Assembly (NCBI GenBank): GCA_963719085.1
Contig: CAVRAL010000001.1
Coordinates: forward strand, 576,001 to 640,000
DNA: 64,000 nt
Origin: a candidate division FCPU426 bacterium
Lineage (GTDB): Bacteria > Oederibacteriota > Muellerivitia > Muellerivitales > Muellerivitaceae
Direction: 5' to 3'
Positions 29,619 to 43,976 of the stretch are shown one piece after another. Position 1 is the stretch's first letter, and each line of letters opens with the position of its first letter. The translations under genes and the position numbers were made by a program. The notes under the pieces were generated by a model that was not told the origin of the DNA, searched no databases, and was given only the letters and a program-made list of their open reading frames with translations.

Positions 29619-30386
29619 TTGAAACTACTTTGTATGACCGATTATTCCGGCGCCGAAGAAATTTTGTCCTCGATTCCCACCCTGATCCAAGAAGAAGATC
29701 CCGACTTTATTTTTTATTGCGGCGGTTCCATGAAGGGCGAGCTCCGCTTGGCCGAATACCAGATGGCCCACCGGTTTCACAGCAAACCCAGTTTGGATAA
29801 CCCGGAAATTCAAAAAGAGATGAAGGCGGACACTGAGCACCTTCGCCAGTTTATTTTGGCTTTGGCCGACAGCCGGAAATCGGTTTATATGGTCCCCGGA
29901 TATAATGACGCGCCCGAGTCCGCTTATTTCAAGACGGCTTATGATTTCGCCCGGATTTATCCCAATCTTTACCCGGCGCATGAAATGCTTTACCGGGAAG
30001 ATTCTTTCATGGTGGCGGGTTTTGGGGGCGAAATGAGCGAGTCCGAGGATGAACGTGAGTTTATCCTGCAATATTCTAGGCCTTGGATCGAGTTCGCTTC
30101 CCGGCGGCTTCAATATTTTACCGGCGACAAGATCCTGCTTTTTCATTCGCCTCCGGTTTGCCGTTTGGATGTTTCCGATGGGGAGCATTGCGGGGTTCTT
30201 TTGATCAATCAAATGATTGAAAAGCTTTCGCCCAAACTGGTTTTATGCGGCCGGGCGACTTCGGGCCAGGGAACGGTCAAGATGGGCGGCGCGGTGGTGG
30301 TGAATCCAGGGCCGGTTTCCAAAGGTCATTACGCGATCATCGATTACCCTTCGCTGGCTGTTGAGTTTAAGAATTTTTTTAATTGA
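29619..30386 (+). CDS. Metallophosphoesterase-fold protein with degenerate metal ligands
   Basis: Calcineurin-like layout (MTDYSG, YCGGS, VPGYND, FHSPP, LCGR, VVVNPGP). Confidence 0.65.
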   Translation: MKLLCMTDYSGAEEILSSIPTLIQEEDPDFIFYCGGSMKGELRLAEYQMAHRFHSKPSLDNPEIQKEMKADTEHLRQFILALADSRKSVYMVPGYNDAPESAYFKTAYDFARIYPNLYPAHEMLYREDSFMVAGFGGEMSESEDEREFILQYSRPWIEFASRRLQYFTGDKILLFHSPPVCRLDVSDGEHCGVLLINQMIEKLSPKLVLCGRATSGQGTVKMGGAVVVNPGPVSKGHYAIIDYPSLAVEFKNFFN

Positions 30387-30446
30387 GGACGTGGTGGATT
30401 CACCCAACCCTCAATTGATCGCTCATCCCATTTAAAAGAGCCCGTA

Positions 30447-31424
30447 GTGTCCTCTCTACTTTCCGTGAAAAATCTAAAAGTCTCCATTCGTAATAAAGAA
30501 ACCGGAAAGTCCGGCTGGGTTTTGCGGGGGATTGATTTTGATTTGGCCTCCGGCGACCGGGTAGCTCTGGTGGGAGAATCGGGCTGCGGTAAAAGCGTAA
30601 CCGCTTTGACCCTGATGGATCTCTTGCCCGCGCCGCCGATGGTTTGGGCGCAGGGCGAAGTTCGCTTTAAAGAGCGTGATTTAAGAGCTTTTTCGCCCGA
30701 GCAATGGCGGTTGATTCGTGGCGCCGAGCTTTCGATGATTTTTCAAGATCCTTTCAGTTCCTTAAATCCGGTTTTCAAGGTCGGGGATCAAATGCTGGAA
30801 ACCATTCAAGCCCATAAAAAAATTCCACGGGAAGAAGCGGTTCGGCAAATTCTTGAGCTGTTCCGGGAAGTGGGATTGCCGGACCCGGATAGGATTTATC
30901 ATCAGTTTCCCCACCAATTATCGGGCGGGATGTGCCAAAGGGTAATGATCGCGATGGCCGTTTCTTGCGGGCCTTCTTTGCTGATCGCCGATGAACCGAC
31001 GACCGCGTTGGATGTGACGGTTCAATCGCAAATACTGGACATGCTTTTTCGAATGACCCGGGACCATGGATTAGGGCTTTTGTTTATTACCCATAATTTA
31101 CCGATCATCCGTGACTACGCCCATCGGATCATTATTCTTTACGCCGGACAAATCGTGGAAGAGGGAACCCCCGAACAAATTTTCGGGCATCCTCAACATC
31201 CCTATACGGAAGGTTTGTTGGCGGCTCTGCCGGACTTAAAGCAAAAGGGAAAAGCGCTTGCCAATATTCCCGGTCAAGTGCCATCGCCGTTTGAGGCGCA
31301 AGAAGGATGCTGTTTTAGCGCCCGTTGTTTAAAGGTTCAAGCGCGCTGCCGAGCGGAAAATCCGGAGTTGATAAAAAATAAAAAAGGCCATGGTTTTCGA
31401 TGCTTTTATCCGTCCGAAAAGTAG
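30447..31424 (+). CDS. Oligopeptide/dipeptide ABC transporter ATP-binding subunit (OppD/DppD-like)
   Basis: [35 protein letters not shown]-terminal Cys cluster. Confidence 0.92.
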   Translation: MSSLLSVKNLKVSIRNKETGKSGWVLRGIDFDLASGDRVALVGESGCGKSVTALTLMDLLPAPPMVWAQGEVRFKERDLRAFSPEQWRLIRGAELSMIFQDPFSSLNPVFKVGDQMLETIQAHKKIPREEAVRQILELFREVGLPDPDRIYHQFPHQLSGGMCQRVMIAMAVSCGPSLLIADEPTTALDVTVQSQILDMLFRMTRDHGLGLLFITHNLPIIRDYAHRIIILYAGQIVEEGTPEQIFGHPQHPYTEGLLAALPDLKQKGKALANIPGQVPSPFEAQEGCCFSARCLKVQARCRAENPELIKNKKGHGFRCFYPSEK

Positions 31425-32338
31425 TTAAATCTTTTGTCCAAAAGAAAAGCTTTTGGGGCAAGCCCAAGGGTTTGGTGCGGGCGGTGGACGGGGTTTCCTT
31501 TGATGTGCAGGCCGGTGAAATCGTGGGTTTGGTGGGGGAGTCGGGTTGCGGTAAAAGCACCCTGGTCCGGGGAGCCTTAGCCTTGATGTCTTTTACCGAA
31601 GGGAATGTGTTTTGGGACGAGGTGGATATCGCGGCCTTGAGCGGCGATGAATTGCGGAAAAAGAGAAAAGATTTTCAAATGGTTTTTCAAAATCCTCAAA
31701 CCGCTTTAAACCCCAGGCGAAAAATCATAAAAAGCTTGATAGAGCCCTTGGAAATTCACGGAATCTCCACCGGCTCGAATAAAAGACAAGGCGCGGTTGA
31801 AATGTTGGAGCGGGTGGGACTTTCGGAAAGCGACTTGGATAAGTACCCCCATGAATTTTCCGGCGGGCAAAGGCAGCGCATTGGATTGGCGAGGGCCATG
31901 ATGTCGAGGCCGAAATTGATTGTTTTGGATGAGCCCGTGTCCTCTTTGGACGTTTCGGTTCAGGCTTCTATCTTAAACCTGTTGGTCAATTTAAATCGGG
32001 AAGTTAAAACAGCCTATTTTTTCATTTCTCATGATTTGAATGTGGTGGGTTACCTTAGCCAGAGGATTTTGGTCATGTATTTGGGCCGGATCATTGAATC
32101 GGGTGAAACGGAAAGGGTTCTCAAAAATCCCAAGCATCCCTATACCCAAGCGCTTTTGCAAATCGGTCAAACCAAAGGGGAGAAATTAAAAGGGGAAGCG
32201 CCAAGCCCGGTGCTCAGGCCTTCGGGATGCGCTTTTCATCTTCGCTGTCCTTACGCGGAAGAACGTTGCCGGCAAGAAGAACAGACATTAAAGGATTCGG
32301 CGCCGGGATGGAAAGTAGCCTGTTGGAAGGCTCAATAA
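31400..32338 (+). CDS. Oligopeptide/dipeptide ABC transporter ATP-binding subunit (OppF/DppF-like)
   Basis: [50 protein letters not shown]. Confidence 0.92.
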   Translation: MLLSVRKVVKSFVQKKSFWGKPKGLVRAVDGVSFDVQAGEIVGLVGESGCGKSTLVRGALALMSFTEGNVFWDEVDIAALSGDELRKKRKDFQMVFQNPQTALNPRRKIIKSLIEPLEIHGISTGSNKRQGAVEMLERVGLSESDLDKYPHEFSGGQRQRIGLARAMMSRPKLIVLDEPVSSLDVSVQASILNLLVNLNREVKTAYFFISHDLNVVGYLSQRILVMYLGRIIESGETERVLKNPKHPYTQALLQIGQTKGEKLKGEAPSPVLRPSGCAFHLRCPYAEERCRQEEQTLKDSAPGWKVACWKAQ

Positions 32339-32522
32339 CCCTTATAAAAGCCTGAAAGTTCAGCGGGGACGTTAAAACGGCCGATTTTTATAGTATAATT
32401 TTCTAGATATAGGGCCTGCCCGTCCATTGAAAACCTAAATTTATTACTGAACTGACATTGTTATCGTAAGCGCCATAAGTCTTCCCATTCATTTTTGGGG
32501 TAACCGCATTTGGAGGTGTTTT

Positions 32523-34007
32523 GTGAAAGTTATGATCGTTAATCCGCCCACCTGTACCGGAATGAAATATATCCGGGAAGGCCGTTGTGAGCAAAGGCTG
32601 AGTTCTTTTCAATACGTGATGGTGCCCATCTCGCTTCCGATGATCGCGGGCGCCTTGGAGGCCAAAAAGCACGACGTGAAATTATTGGACTGTATTGCCA
32701 ATGATGTTGACATCGAGGGGCTTAAGGCCGAAATCGGCAAATATGAACCCTCTCTGGTTATTTTTAATATGTCCACCGCCACTTCGGCCAGCGACATGAC
32801 CGTCATTGATCAAATGCGTGAGGTGAGCAAGGCCCACTTTACGGTCATTGGAAACCATGCCACTTCTTTGCCCGAGGAAGTATTGCGGGGAAGCCAGTTG
32901 GATTCGGTGATACGCCGGGAGCCCGAATTGACGGCTCAAGACTTGGTGGACGCGATTGAAAATAAAAGGGAGCTCCAGGAAGTTTTAGGCATTTCGTTCA
33001 AAAACGCCGCGGCCATCGTCAACAATTTGGACAGGCCTTTCAACGAAAATTTGGACGATTTACCCTTCGCGGCCAGGCATTTGCTCGATAATGCCAAATA
33101 TACTTTGCCGGTCATTAATGAGCCTTATACCCTAATTATAACCAGCCGGGGATGCCCCCATTCCTGTATTTATTGCACGGCTTATCAATATTACGGAAAA
33201 AAACTGCGGCTTCGCAGCGCCGTGAATGTGGTGGATGAGATGCAGGAATGTCTGGAAAAGCACAATCTGCGCAATTTTACCATGTGGTCCGATACCTTTA
33301 ACCAGAACAAAAAATTCGTTATGGATGTGTGCGGCGAAATCAAAAAACGTGGATTGGAAAAAAAGATCCGTTGGATGTCCAACAGCCGGGTCGATCATAT
33401 GGACGCCGAGGTTTTGAAGGAGATGCGTTCGGCGAATTGCATCGGTGTTTCTTACGGAGTTGAGTCGGGCGTTGAGGAAATTTTGAAGAACATGAAAAAG
33501 GGCGCCACTGCTGAACAAGCGCGGGTGGCCGTGCGTTTGACCAAGGAAGCGGGAATTGAAGTTCTGACCCATATCATTTTTGGATTGCCCGGCGAAACCT
33601 TGGAAACAATCAATGAGACGATTAAATACGTGAAAGAATTGGATCCGGATTACGCTCAGTTTTATTGCGCCATTCCTTTTCCCAAGACTGAATTGGAGGC
33701 AATGGGGAAAAAGAATGGGTGGATCACCACAGAGGATTACGCTAAGTATGAGCTCAACCAGCCCATCCTCAATATGCCGGGATTGTCGGTTGAGGATCTC
33801 CAAAAGGCTCGGACCAGGGCCTATAAAGAGTTCTATTTGCGCCCCAGCTATATCTTCAAAAGACTGCGTAAAATAAGGGGAATTAAGGATTTGGTGACCA
33901 ATTACCGCCAGGCCAAGGACTTTATTTCGAGCTGGATTTCGGATACTTCCACTGAAAAGACCCCTGTTTCTAAGGGGGCGGATATGGCGACGGCTCCTTC
34001 CCGCTAA
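32523..34007 (+). CDS. B12-binding domain radical SAM protein (class B methyltransferase / HpnJ-like)
   Basis: N-terminal cobalamin-binding-like domain, SRGCPHSCIYC (CxxxCxxC), GVESG, FGLPGET; GGAGGTG RBS. Confidence 0.88.
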   Translation: MKVMIVNPPTCTGMKYIREGRCEQRLSSFQYVMVPISLPMIAGALEAKKHDVKLLDCIANDVDIEGLKAEIGKYEPSLVIFNMSTATSASDMTVIDQMREVSKAHFTVIGNHATSLPEEVLRGSQLDSVIRREPELTAQDLVDAIENKRELQEVLGISFKNAAAIVNNLDRPFNENLDDLPFAARHLLDNAKYTLPVINEPYTLIITSRGCPHSCIYCTAYQYYGKKLRLRSAVNVVDEMQECLEKHNLRNFTMWSDTFNQNKKFVMDVCGEIKKRGLEKKIRWMSNSRVDHMDAEVLKEMRSANCIGVSYGVESGVEEILKNMKKGATAEQARVAVRLTKEAGIEVLTHIIFGLPGETLETINETIKYVKELDPDYAQFYCAIPFPKTELEAMGKKNGWITTEDYAKYELNQPILNMPGLSVEDLQKARTRAYKEFYLRPSYIFKRLRKIRGIKDLVTNYRQAKDFISSWISDTSTEKTPVSKGADMATAPSR

Positions 34008-34049
34008 GGGGAGGGTGGGGATAAAATTAGATTTATATTAAAATATCGC

Positions 34050-34078
34050 TTGACGAAAAATGACTGTTTGAGTATAAA
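34050..34078 (+). promoter_or_regulatory. rRNA operon promoter
   Basis: TTGACG-17 nt-TATAAA with AT-rich UP-like segment upstream; boxA-like GTTCTTTAAAAA near 34138 and GGTCTTTGAAAA near 34274. Confidence 0.8.
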
Positions 34079-34360
34079 TACTCCCCCAGGCCAAGAGGCT
34101 TTGGCCACCCCTTCTCCTTGAGGCGGGGCGCAAAGTGGTTCTTTAAAAAGTTTAAAACCCATGACAATCGGAAGTTAAAAGTCTTCTACGATTGCGGTGC
34201 TCATCGCAGCGATGAGTTTTGTTGTCTCTTGTCATCGCTGAGATGCGCATCGAATGGATGTGCGTCTGTAATTGGTCTTTGAAAACTAAATAGTGCATAC
34301 GAAATAAGTTTGGGTGCAAGTCAATAGTTGTTGAGTTTTGAGAGCCTTTAAAAGCTCTTT

Positions 34361-35920
<1,560 letters not shown>

Positions 35921-36097
35921 TGGAGAACATGGTAGAGGAACCCTTTTGAGGGTGCGCTCATACCGTAACTCCAAGTGGATACCCAAACGAGTTATGCACT
36001 ATTTAGTTTTAAAGGACCAATTCGGATTTGGTTCTTTCGTATGTCGAGTTTAAACTTTTGGGTATGGTTGTTTTCATGCCCTGCGCCGACCTGGAAT

Positions 36098-36174
<77 letters not shown>

Positions 36175-36208
36175 TTTTTGGAGTGGGCCGACTGGTGATG
36201 ATGGCGGA

Positions 36209-36284
36209 GGGGATGTAGCTCAGTTGGGAGAGCACCTGCTTTGCAAGCAGGGGGTCACCGGTTCGATCCCGGTCATCTCCACCA
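36209..36284 (+). tRNA. tRNA-Ala(TGC)
   Basis: GGGGATG...CATCTCC-ACCA, anticodon loop TTTGCAA, G3:U70 pair. Confidence 0.98.
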
Positions 36285-36516
36285 ATTTGAGGGCAACGGA
36301 TGCCCGGCAAAAGTTTAAGGTTGCTTGAAGATCTTGCCTGTTGCGGGGAATTCAAGGAGCTTTTCATCTTCGGATGAAGGCTTGTCGGCCAGACTGACCG
36401 AGCCGTTTCCTTTGGGGGGCGGACCAGTTCTTTGAAAAACGATAGAAATACTACTATGTAAGCTGAACCGAGTGCATTAGTGATTTGATTCTTTATGCGG
36501 TGGCAAAGATTCATGT

Positions 36517-39543
<3,027 letters not shown>

Positions 39544-39651
39544 TATGTATCATTTCCGCCGCATCTTCACTAATGCCTCTAGTTCAAGAAGTGGTATTTC
39601 TATCGTTAACTAAAATGTCCAGTATTGGTTTTCAATATTGTGATTGATGTT

Positions 39652-39768
<117 letters not shown>

Positions 39769-39776
39769 TTTACCTG

Positions 39777-39813
39777 AACCCAGTTTCCTGAAAAGGGAAC
39801 TGGGTTTTTTTTT
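39777..39813 (+). terminator. rRNA operon intrinsic terminator
   Basis: AACCCAGTTTCCT-GAAA-AGGGAACTGGGTT plus T tract. Confidence 0.9.
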
Positions 39814-39879
39814 GCCGAAATGGTGAAATTCAATGAATTATGGGCCGGTCGAGCGCAGAATAACGGTGGGGTGATCAGC

Positions 39880-40035
39880 GTGAAGGCGAAAAACAAGCTC
39901 AAAATAAAGATTTCGGCCAGCGCGGCCCAAATCCGAAAAGTCTGGAAGCTCAAGCCGGTGGCTCGAGTGAAACCTTCAGATAAGGTCAAGCTTCGCGATC
40001 GGATCCGGGCCAAAGAGCTGCGGGACGAGCGCTAG
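39880..40035 (+). CDS. Small highly basic hypothetical protein
   Basis: GTG start after GGGGTG; KAKNKLKIKISASAAQIRKVWKLKPVARVKPSDKVKLRDRIR; fills the gap before korA (track start 39820). Confidence 0.45.
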   Translation: MKAKNKLKIKISASAAQIRKVWKLKPVARVKPSDKVKLRDRIRAKELRDER

Positions 40036-40150
40036 AACGTCCGCCACGGTACTTATTCAATGGAATTGTTTTTTAAAGTAGAAACTCGTATATTTACAAC
40101 GAAGAATAACGTTTTCATCAGAGAATTTTTAAGGGCGGGAGCGGTCTAAA

Positions 40151-42019
40151 ATGAGAGTGGTTAATAATTTTTCCTGGATGATCGGGGGCCCCCAAGGCAC
40201 CGGAGTGGATTCCTCGGCGAATCTTTTCGCGCAGGCTTGCGCGACGGCGGGTGTTTGGGTTTTTGGGAAGCGGGAATATCATTCCAACATCAAGGGCAAG
40301 CATAGCTATTTTCAAGTGAGGGTTTCGGACGAACCGATCCATAGCCATGTGGACGATGTTCACATTTTGGCGACCTTCGAGGATTCCACGGCCCGGCTTC
40401 ACGCTCATGAGGTCGTGAAGAGCGGGGCGATTATTTATGACCCCACGAAAATTATGCTGGATGACCTGAATTTGAAATCCGGCGTCATTACGCTTCCCAT
40501 CGATTTCAATATGGTGCTTCGCCATGTGGCTGAAGTCACGGGCGAGGAATATGGAAAACTGGCCATCATGAAGAACGTGATCGCGGTGGCGGCTTCCATG
40601 GCTTTGCTGCGGCTTGATATTTCCCATATGGAAGAAACACTTTCCCGTTTGTTCACGGGTAAAAAAGCGAAACTGGTGCCCACCAACATGGCCGCGGTTA
40701 AAAAAGCTTATGAGGCCGTGGACGCTTTGCCGGACGAGATGCACGATCAATTTCCTTATCATCTGGAACCTCACAAAAACATGCCCAAACGTTTTCTTAT
40801 CAACGGCGCCCAAGCCGCCGCTTTGGGGAAATTGAAGGCGGGCTGCCGGTACCAAACCTATTACCCGATCAGCCCGGCTACGGACGAGAGCAATTATTTG
40901 GAAAGCCATCCCGAATATGGAATCGCGGTGGTGCAATGCGAGGATGAGATCGCGGCCATCGATATGGCTTTGGGCGCAGCCACTACAGGCGTGCGGGCCT
41001 CCACGGCCACCTCGGGCCCGGGATTTTGCCTGATGACCGAAGGAATGGGATGGGGCGGAATGAACGAAGTGCCGATCGTTGTTTTTAACTATCAACGCGG
41101 CGGGCCTTCCACGGGACTTCCGACCCGGCATGAACAAGGCGATCTTCTTTTTTCCGTTTTCGGCGGCCACGGAGAATATCCCCGCTTGGTGATGGCGCCG
41201 GCGACCATTGACGATCATTTTCACTTAGCTTTTGAGTCTTTTAATTACGCGGATAAATTTCAAACTCCGGTCGTTATTTTGAACGATAAGTTTTTGACCC
41301 ACAGCATTCAAACGATCACGCCATTTAAAGAAAGCGACCTGGTCATTGATCGGGGACGCTTGGCCACTACGCAGGAGCTGGAATCGGCAATCGCGGATGG
41401 AAAAGGTTTCCCGCGCTTTAGACCGGATCCCAAGGTCGGTGTTTCTCCTCGTCCTTATCCGGGCCAGGAGGGGAGCCCCTACTGGATGACCGGCGATGAG
41501 CACGATGATTACGGCCATATCACCGAAAATCCGGAAACCCGTAAAAAGATGCACGAAAAGCGGATGAATAAATACAAGCTGATGCTGGAACAGATCCCCG
41601 AAGACCGGCAGTATTTTATGCAGGGGGATCCGAACGCCGACGTCACCTTGGTTTGCTGGGGAACGACCTCGGGGGTTTTGCTCGACACGCTTTCGCCGCT
41701 GAAAGAAAAGGGAATTAAGGCCAATGTGTTGACCTACCGGATGTTGCATCCTTTCCCGATGGCAACTGAGAAATTGCTGAAGAAGGCGAAAAAGCTGATC
41801 TTGGTTGAAAGCAACCTGGGCGCGCAGCTGGGCGCCTTGATCCGCATGAGAACCGGTATTTTTATTTCGTCCCAGATTGTGAAGTACACGGGACGGCCAA
41901 TGTCGCTCAACGAAATCGTGGACGCGGTGGAGAAAATTCAAAAAAAAGAAGTGGCATCGGAGATCGATGGCATGATGGGAATGTCCGTGGAAAAGGTGGT
42001 GCTTACTTATGGTCTCTAA
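40151..42019 (+). CDS. korA: 2-oxoacid:ferredoxin oxidoreductase alpha subunit (gamma-alpha fusion)
   Basis: [50 protein letters not shown]; substrate not determinable. Confidence 0.92.
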   Translation: MRVVNNFSWMIGGPQGTGVDSSANLFAQACATAGVWVFGKREYHSNIKGKHSYFQVRVSDEPIHSHVDDVHILATFEDSTARLHAHEVVKSGAIIYDPTKIMLDDLNLKSGVITLPIDFNMVLRHVAEVTGEEYGKLAIMKNVIAVAASMALLRLDISHMEETLSRLFTGKKAKLVPTNMAAVKKAYEAVDALPDEMHDQFPYHLEPHKNMPKRFLINGAQAAALGKLKAGCRYQTYYPISPATDESNYLESHPEYGIAVVQCEDEIAAIDMALGAATTGVRASTATSGPGFCLMTEGMGWGGMNEVPIVVFNYQRGGPSTGLPTRHEQGDLLFSVFGGHGEYPRLVMAPATIDDHFHLAFESFNYADKFQTPVVILNDKFLTHSIQTITPFKESDLVIDRGRLATTQELESAIADGKGFPRFRPDPKVGVSPRPYPGQEGSPYWMTGDEHDDYGHITENPETRKKMHEKRMNKYKLMLEQIPEDRQYFMQGDPNADVTLVCWGTTSGVLLDTLSPLKEKGIKANVLTYRMLHPFPMATEKLLKKAKKLILVESNLGAQLGALIRMRTGIFISSQIVKYTGRPMSLNEIVDAVEKIQKKEVASEIDGMMGMSVEKVVLTYGL

Positions 42020-42992
42020 ACTACAAACGCCGTTAACTGTCGCGGCTTATAAAAGCGATGTCCATAACGATTGGTGTCCGGGTTGCGGCGATTTCGGTGT
42101 TCTTCAGGCGGTTCAACAGGCCTGCGCTGAGCTAACTTTGCCGCCATGGGAAACCATGGTGTTTTCGGGGATCGGTTGTTCGGGCAAGGTCTTCAACTAT
42201 ATGGCCACCCATGGGGTGCATACCCTGCATGGCCGGGTATTGCCTTTCGCCACGGGCGCCAAACTCGCCAATCCCGACCTGGAAGTGGTGGCGGTGGGCG
42301 GGGATGGGGATGGCTATGGTATCGGCGCCGGGCATTTCGTGCACGCGGGCCGTCGTAACGTGGATATGGCTTATATCGTCATGACCAATGAAGTTTATGG
42401 ATTGACCAAGGGACAGGCCTCTCCCACGCTGGGCCGGGGCCAACAGACCAAATCCTTGCCGCTTCCAAACACCAACGACGCGATTCAGCCCTTGGCTCTC
42501 GCTTTAAGCGCCGGATATACCTGGATCGGACGCAGCTACGCTTTCGACGGCAAGCACTTAAAAGAGATGATCAAGCGCGCGATCGAGCACAAGGGTATGG
42601 CGCTCTTGGATGTGCTCCAACCATGCCCCACTTTCAACGATATCCATACCACCGAATGGTTCAACAAAAAGGTCAAGGTGGAAGGCGAGATCAACGTGTT
42701 GCCCCGGGTTTTCAACATCAACGAGGCGGGACACGATGGCGCGGTGAAAGATCCGACGAACATTGACGAAGTGAATGAGAAAAAAAAGAAGGCCTTCGAG
42801 TGGACCCAGTTCAAAGGGGATCGGATTCCGGTCGGCGTTTTTTATGAAATCAAGCTTCCGACCTATGTGGAGCGCATGCAAGCGCAAGCGCCCATGCTTA
42901 AAAAATATGTCCCGGCGAAGGCGCCCTATCAGGACGCCAGTCATTTGCCGACGACCGATTTGACCCAAGCTTACGAAGAATTTTTGTTCTAA
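42009..42992 (+). CDS. korB: 2-oxoacid:ferredoxin oxidoreductase beta subunit (TPP-binding)
   Basis: [41 protein letters not shown]. Confidence 0.93.
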   Translation: MVSKLQTPLTVAAYKSDVHNDWCPGCGDFGVLQAVQQACAELTLPPWETMVFSGIGCSGKVFNYMATHGVHTLHGRVLPFATGAKLANPDLEVVAVGGDGDGYGIGAGHFVHAGRRNVDMAYIVMTNEVYGLTKGQASPTLGRGQQTKSLPLPNTNDAIQPLALALSAGYTWIGRSYAFDGKHLKEMIKRAIEHKGMALLDVLQPCPTFNDIHTTEWFNKKVKVEGEINVLPRVFNINEAGHDGAVKDPTNIDEVNEKKKKAFEWTQFKGDRIPVGVFYEIKLPTYVERMQAQAPMLKKYVPAKAPYQDASHLPTTDLTQAYEEFLF

Positions 42993-43004
42993 CGAAATTT
43001 TGAG

Positions 43005-43046
43005 AGCCCGAATCCTCCCGCAGGGAGGGATTCGGGCTTTTTTTTT
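43005..43046 (+). terminator. Intrinsic terminator after korB
   Basis: AGCCCGAATCCTCCC-GCA-GGGAGGGATTCGGGCT plus T tract. Confidence 0.9.
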
Positions 43047-43063
43047 ACCATCGTGAGGATCCT

Positions 43064-43846
43064 TTGACGCGATTAATCGCCGTTGTGCCCGTTTTCAATG
43101 AGCAGAAGACATTGGAAAACGTTTTGCCGAGGATTCATCGACAAGTCGATCTTTTGGTTTGCGTGAATGACGGGTCAGATGATTCTTCCCTGAAAATGCT
43201 TCGGGAGTTCAGCCGAAAATACAAAAAAACCTTTATCGTCGATTTACCCGCGAATGTCGGAATGGCGGGCGCTTTAAAAAAAGGCTTTTTGTTCGTGCTT
43301 TACCTGCGGCGCCGAAAACTGGTCAATGACAACGATGTGGTTGTCACGATTGACGCCGATGGGCAGCATAAACCTGAATACATTCGTCGTTTGGCCCTTT
43401 ATATGAAACGCCAAAAGGTCGACGTGGTTTTGACCCGCCGAAATTTTTCGGTTTATCCCCGCTACAAAATCCTGGGCAACCAGTTTTTGACCTGGACGAA
43501 TTCCCGGCTGGCCGGGTTTCAGTACCAGGATGTGGAGTCGGGTCTAAGGCTTTTGCGGGTCCGGGTTTTGGAAAAGATATTGGCTTATTACACGGGCGTG
43601 AAATATTCCTGCGCTCAGGAGATCGCCCTCATCTGCGCGCGGACGGGATGCCGGATCGATAACGATTATCGGGTGGATATCGCTTATTACCGGGCGGGGA
43701 CCACGGTCTGGGACGGTTTTATTGTTTTGGCCTTGAGCTTTTATACTTATATTCGTTTGCTTTTTCAGATGAAAGAAGGCCGAAATGAGGATTTGGCTTT
43801 AATGAAAACTTCTTTTGAACGCTCCAAGAAAAACTGGCGGAAATAA
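43064..43846 (+). CDS. GT2 family glycosyltransferase (DPM/DPG-synthase-like)
   Basis: VVPVFNE, VNDGSDD, TIDADGQH, DVESG. Confidence 0.88.
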   Translation: MTRLIAVVPVFNEQKTLENVLPRIHRQVDLLVCVNDGSDDSSLKMLREFSRKYKKTFIVDLPANVGMAGALKKGFLFVLYLRRRKLVNDNDVVVTIDADGQHKPEYIRRLALYMKRQKVDVVLTRRNFSVYPRYKILGNQFLTWTNSRLAGFQYQDVESGLRLLRVRVLEKILAYYTGVKYSCAQEIALICARTGCRIDNDYRVDIAYYRAGTTVWDGFIVLALSFYTYIRLLFQMKEGRNEDLALMKTSFERSKKNWRK

Positions 43847-43976
43847 AAGTCCGTTTTCAATAGGCCGGCGGGTCAAGGAGCCCTAAAAGTTTGAATTTTT
43901 TTGGAGAAAGATGGGATATACTATTTAACGCTTTTTTATTATTGATCCACTTTATTCTTCCCAAGGAATCGTTTTC

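Noticed and set aside
32400..32520. Cobalamin riboswitch before the B12 radical-SAM gene
   Set aside because: No B12-box or GGGAA / GCCACTG elements visible
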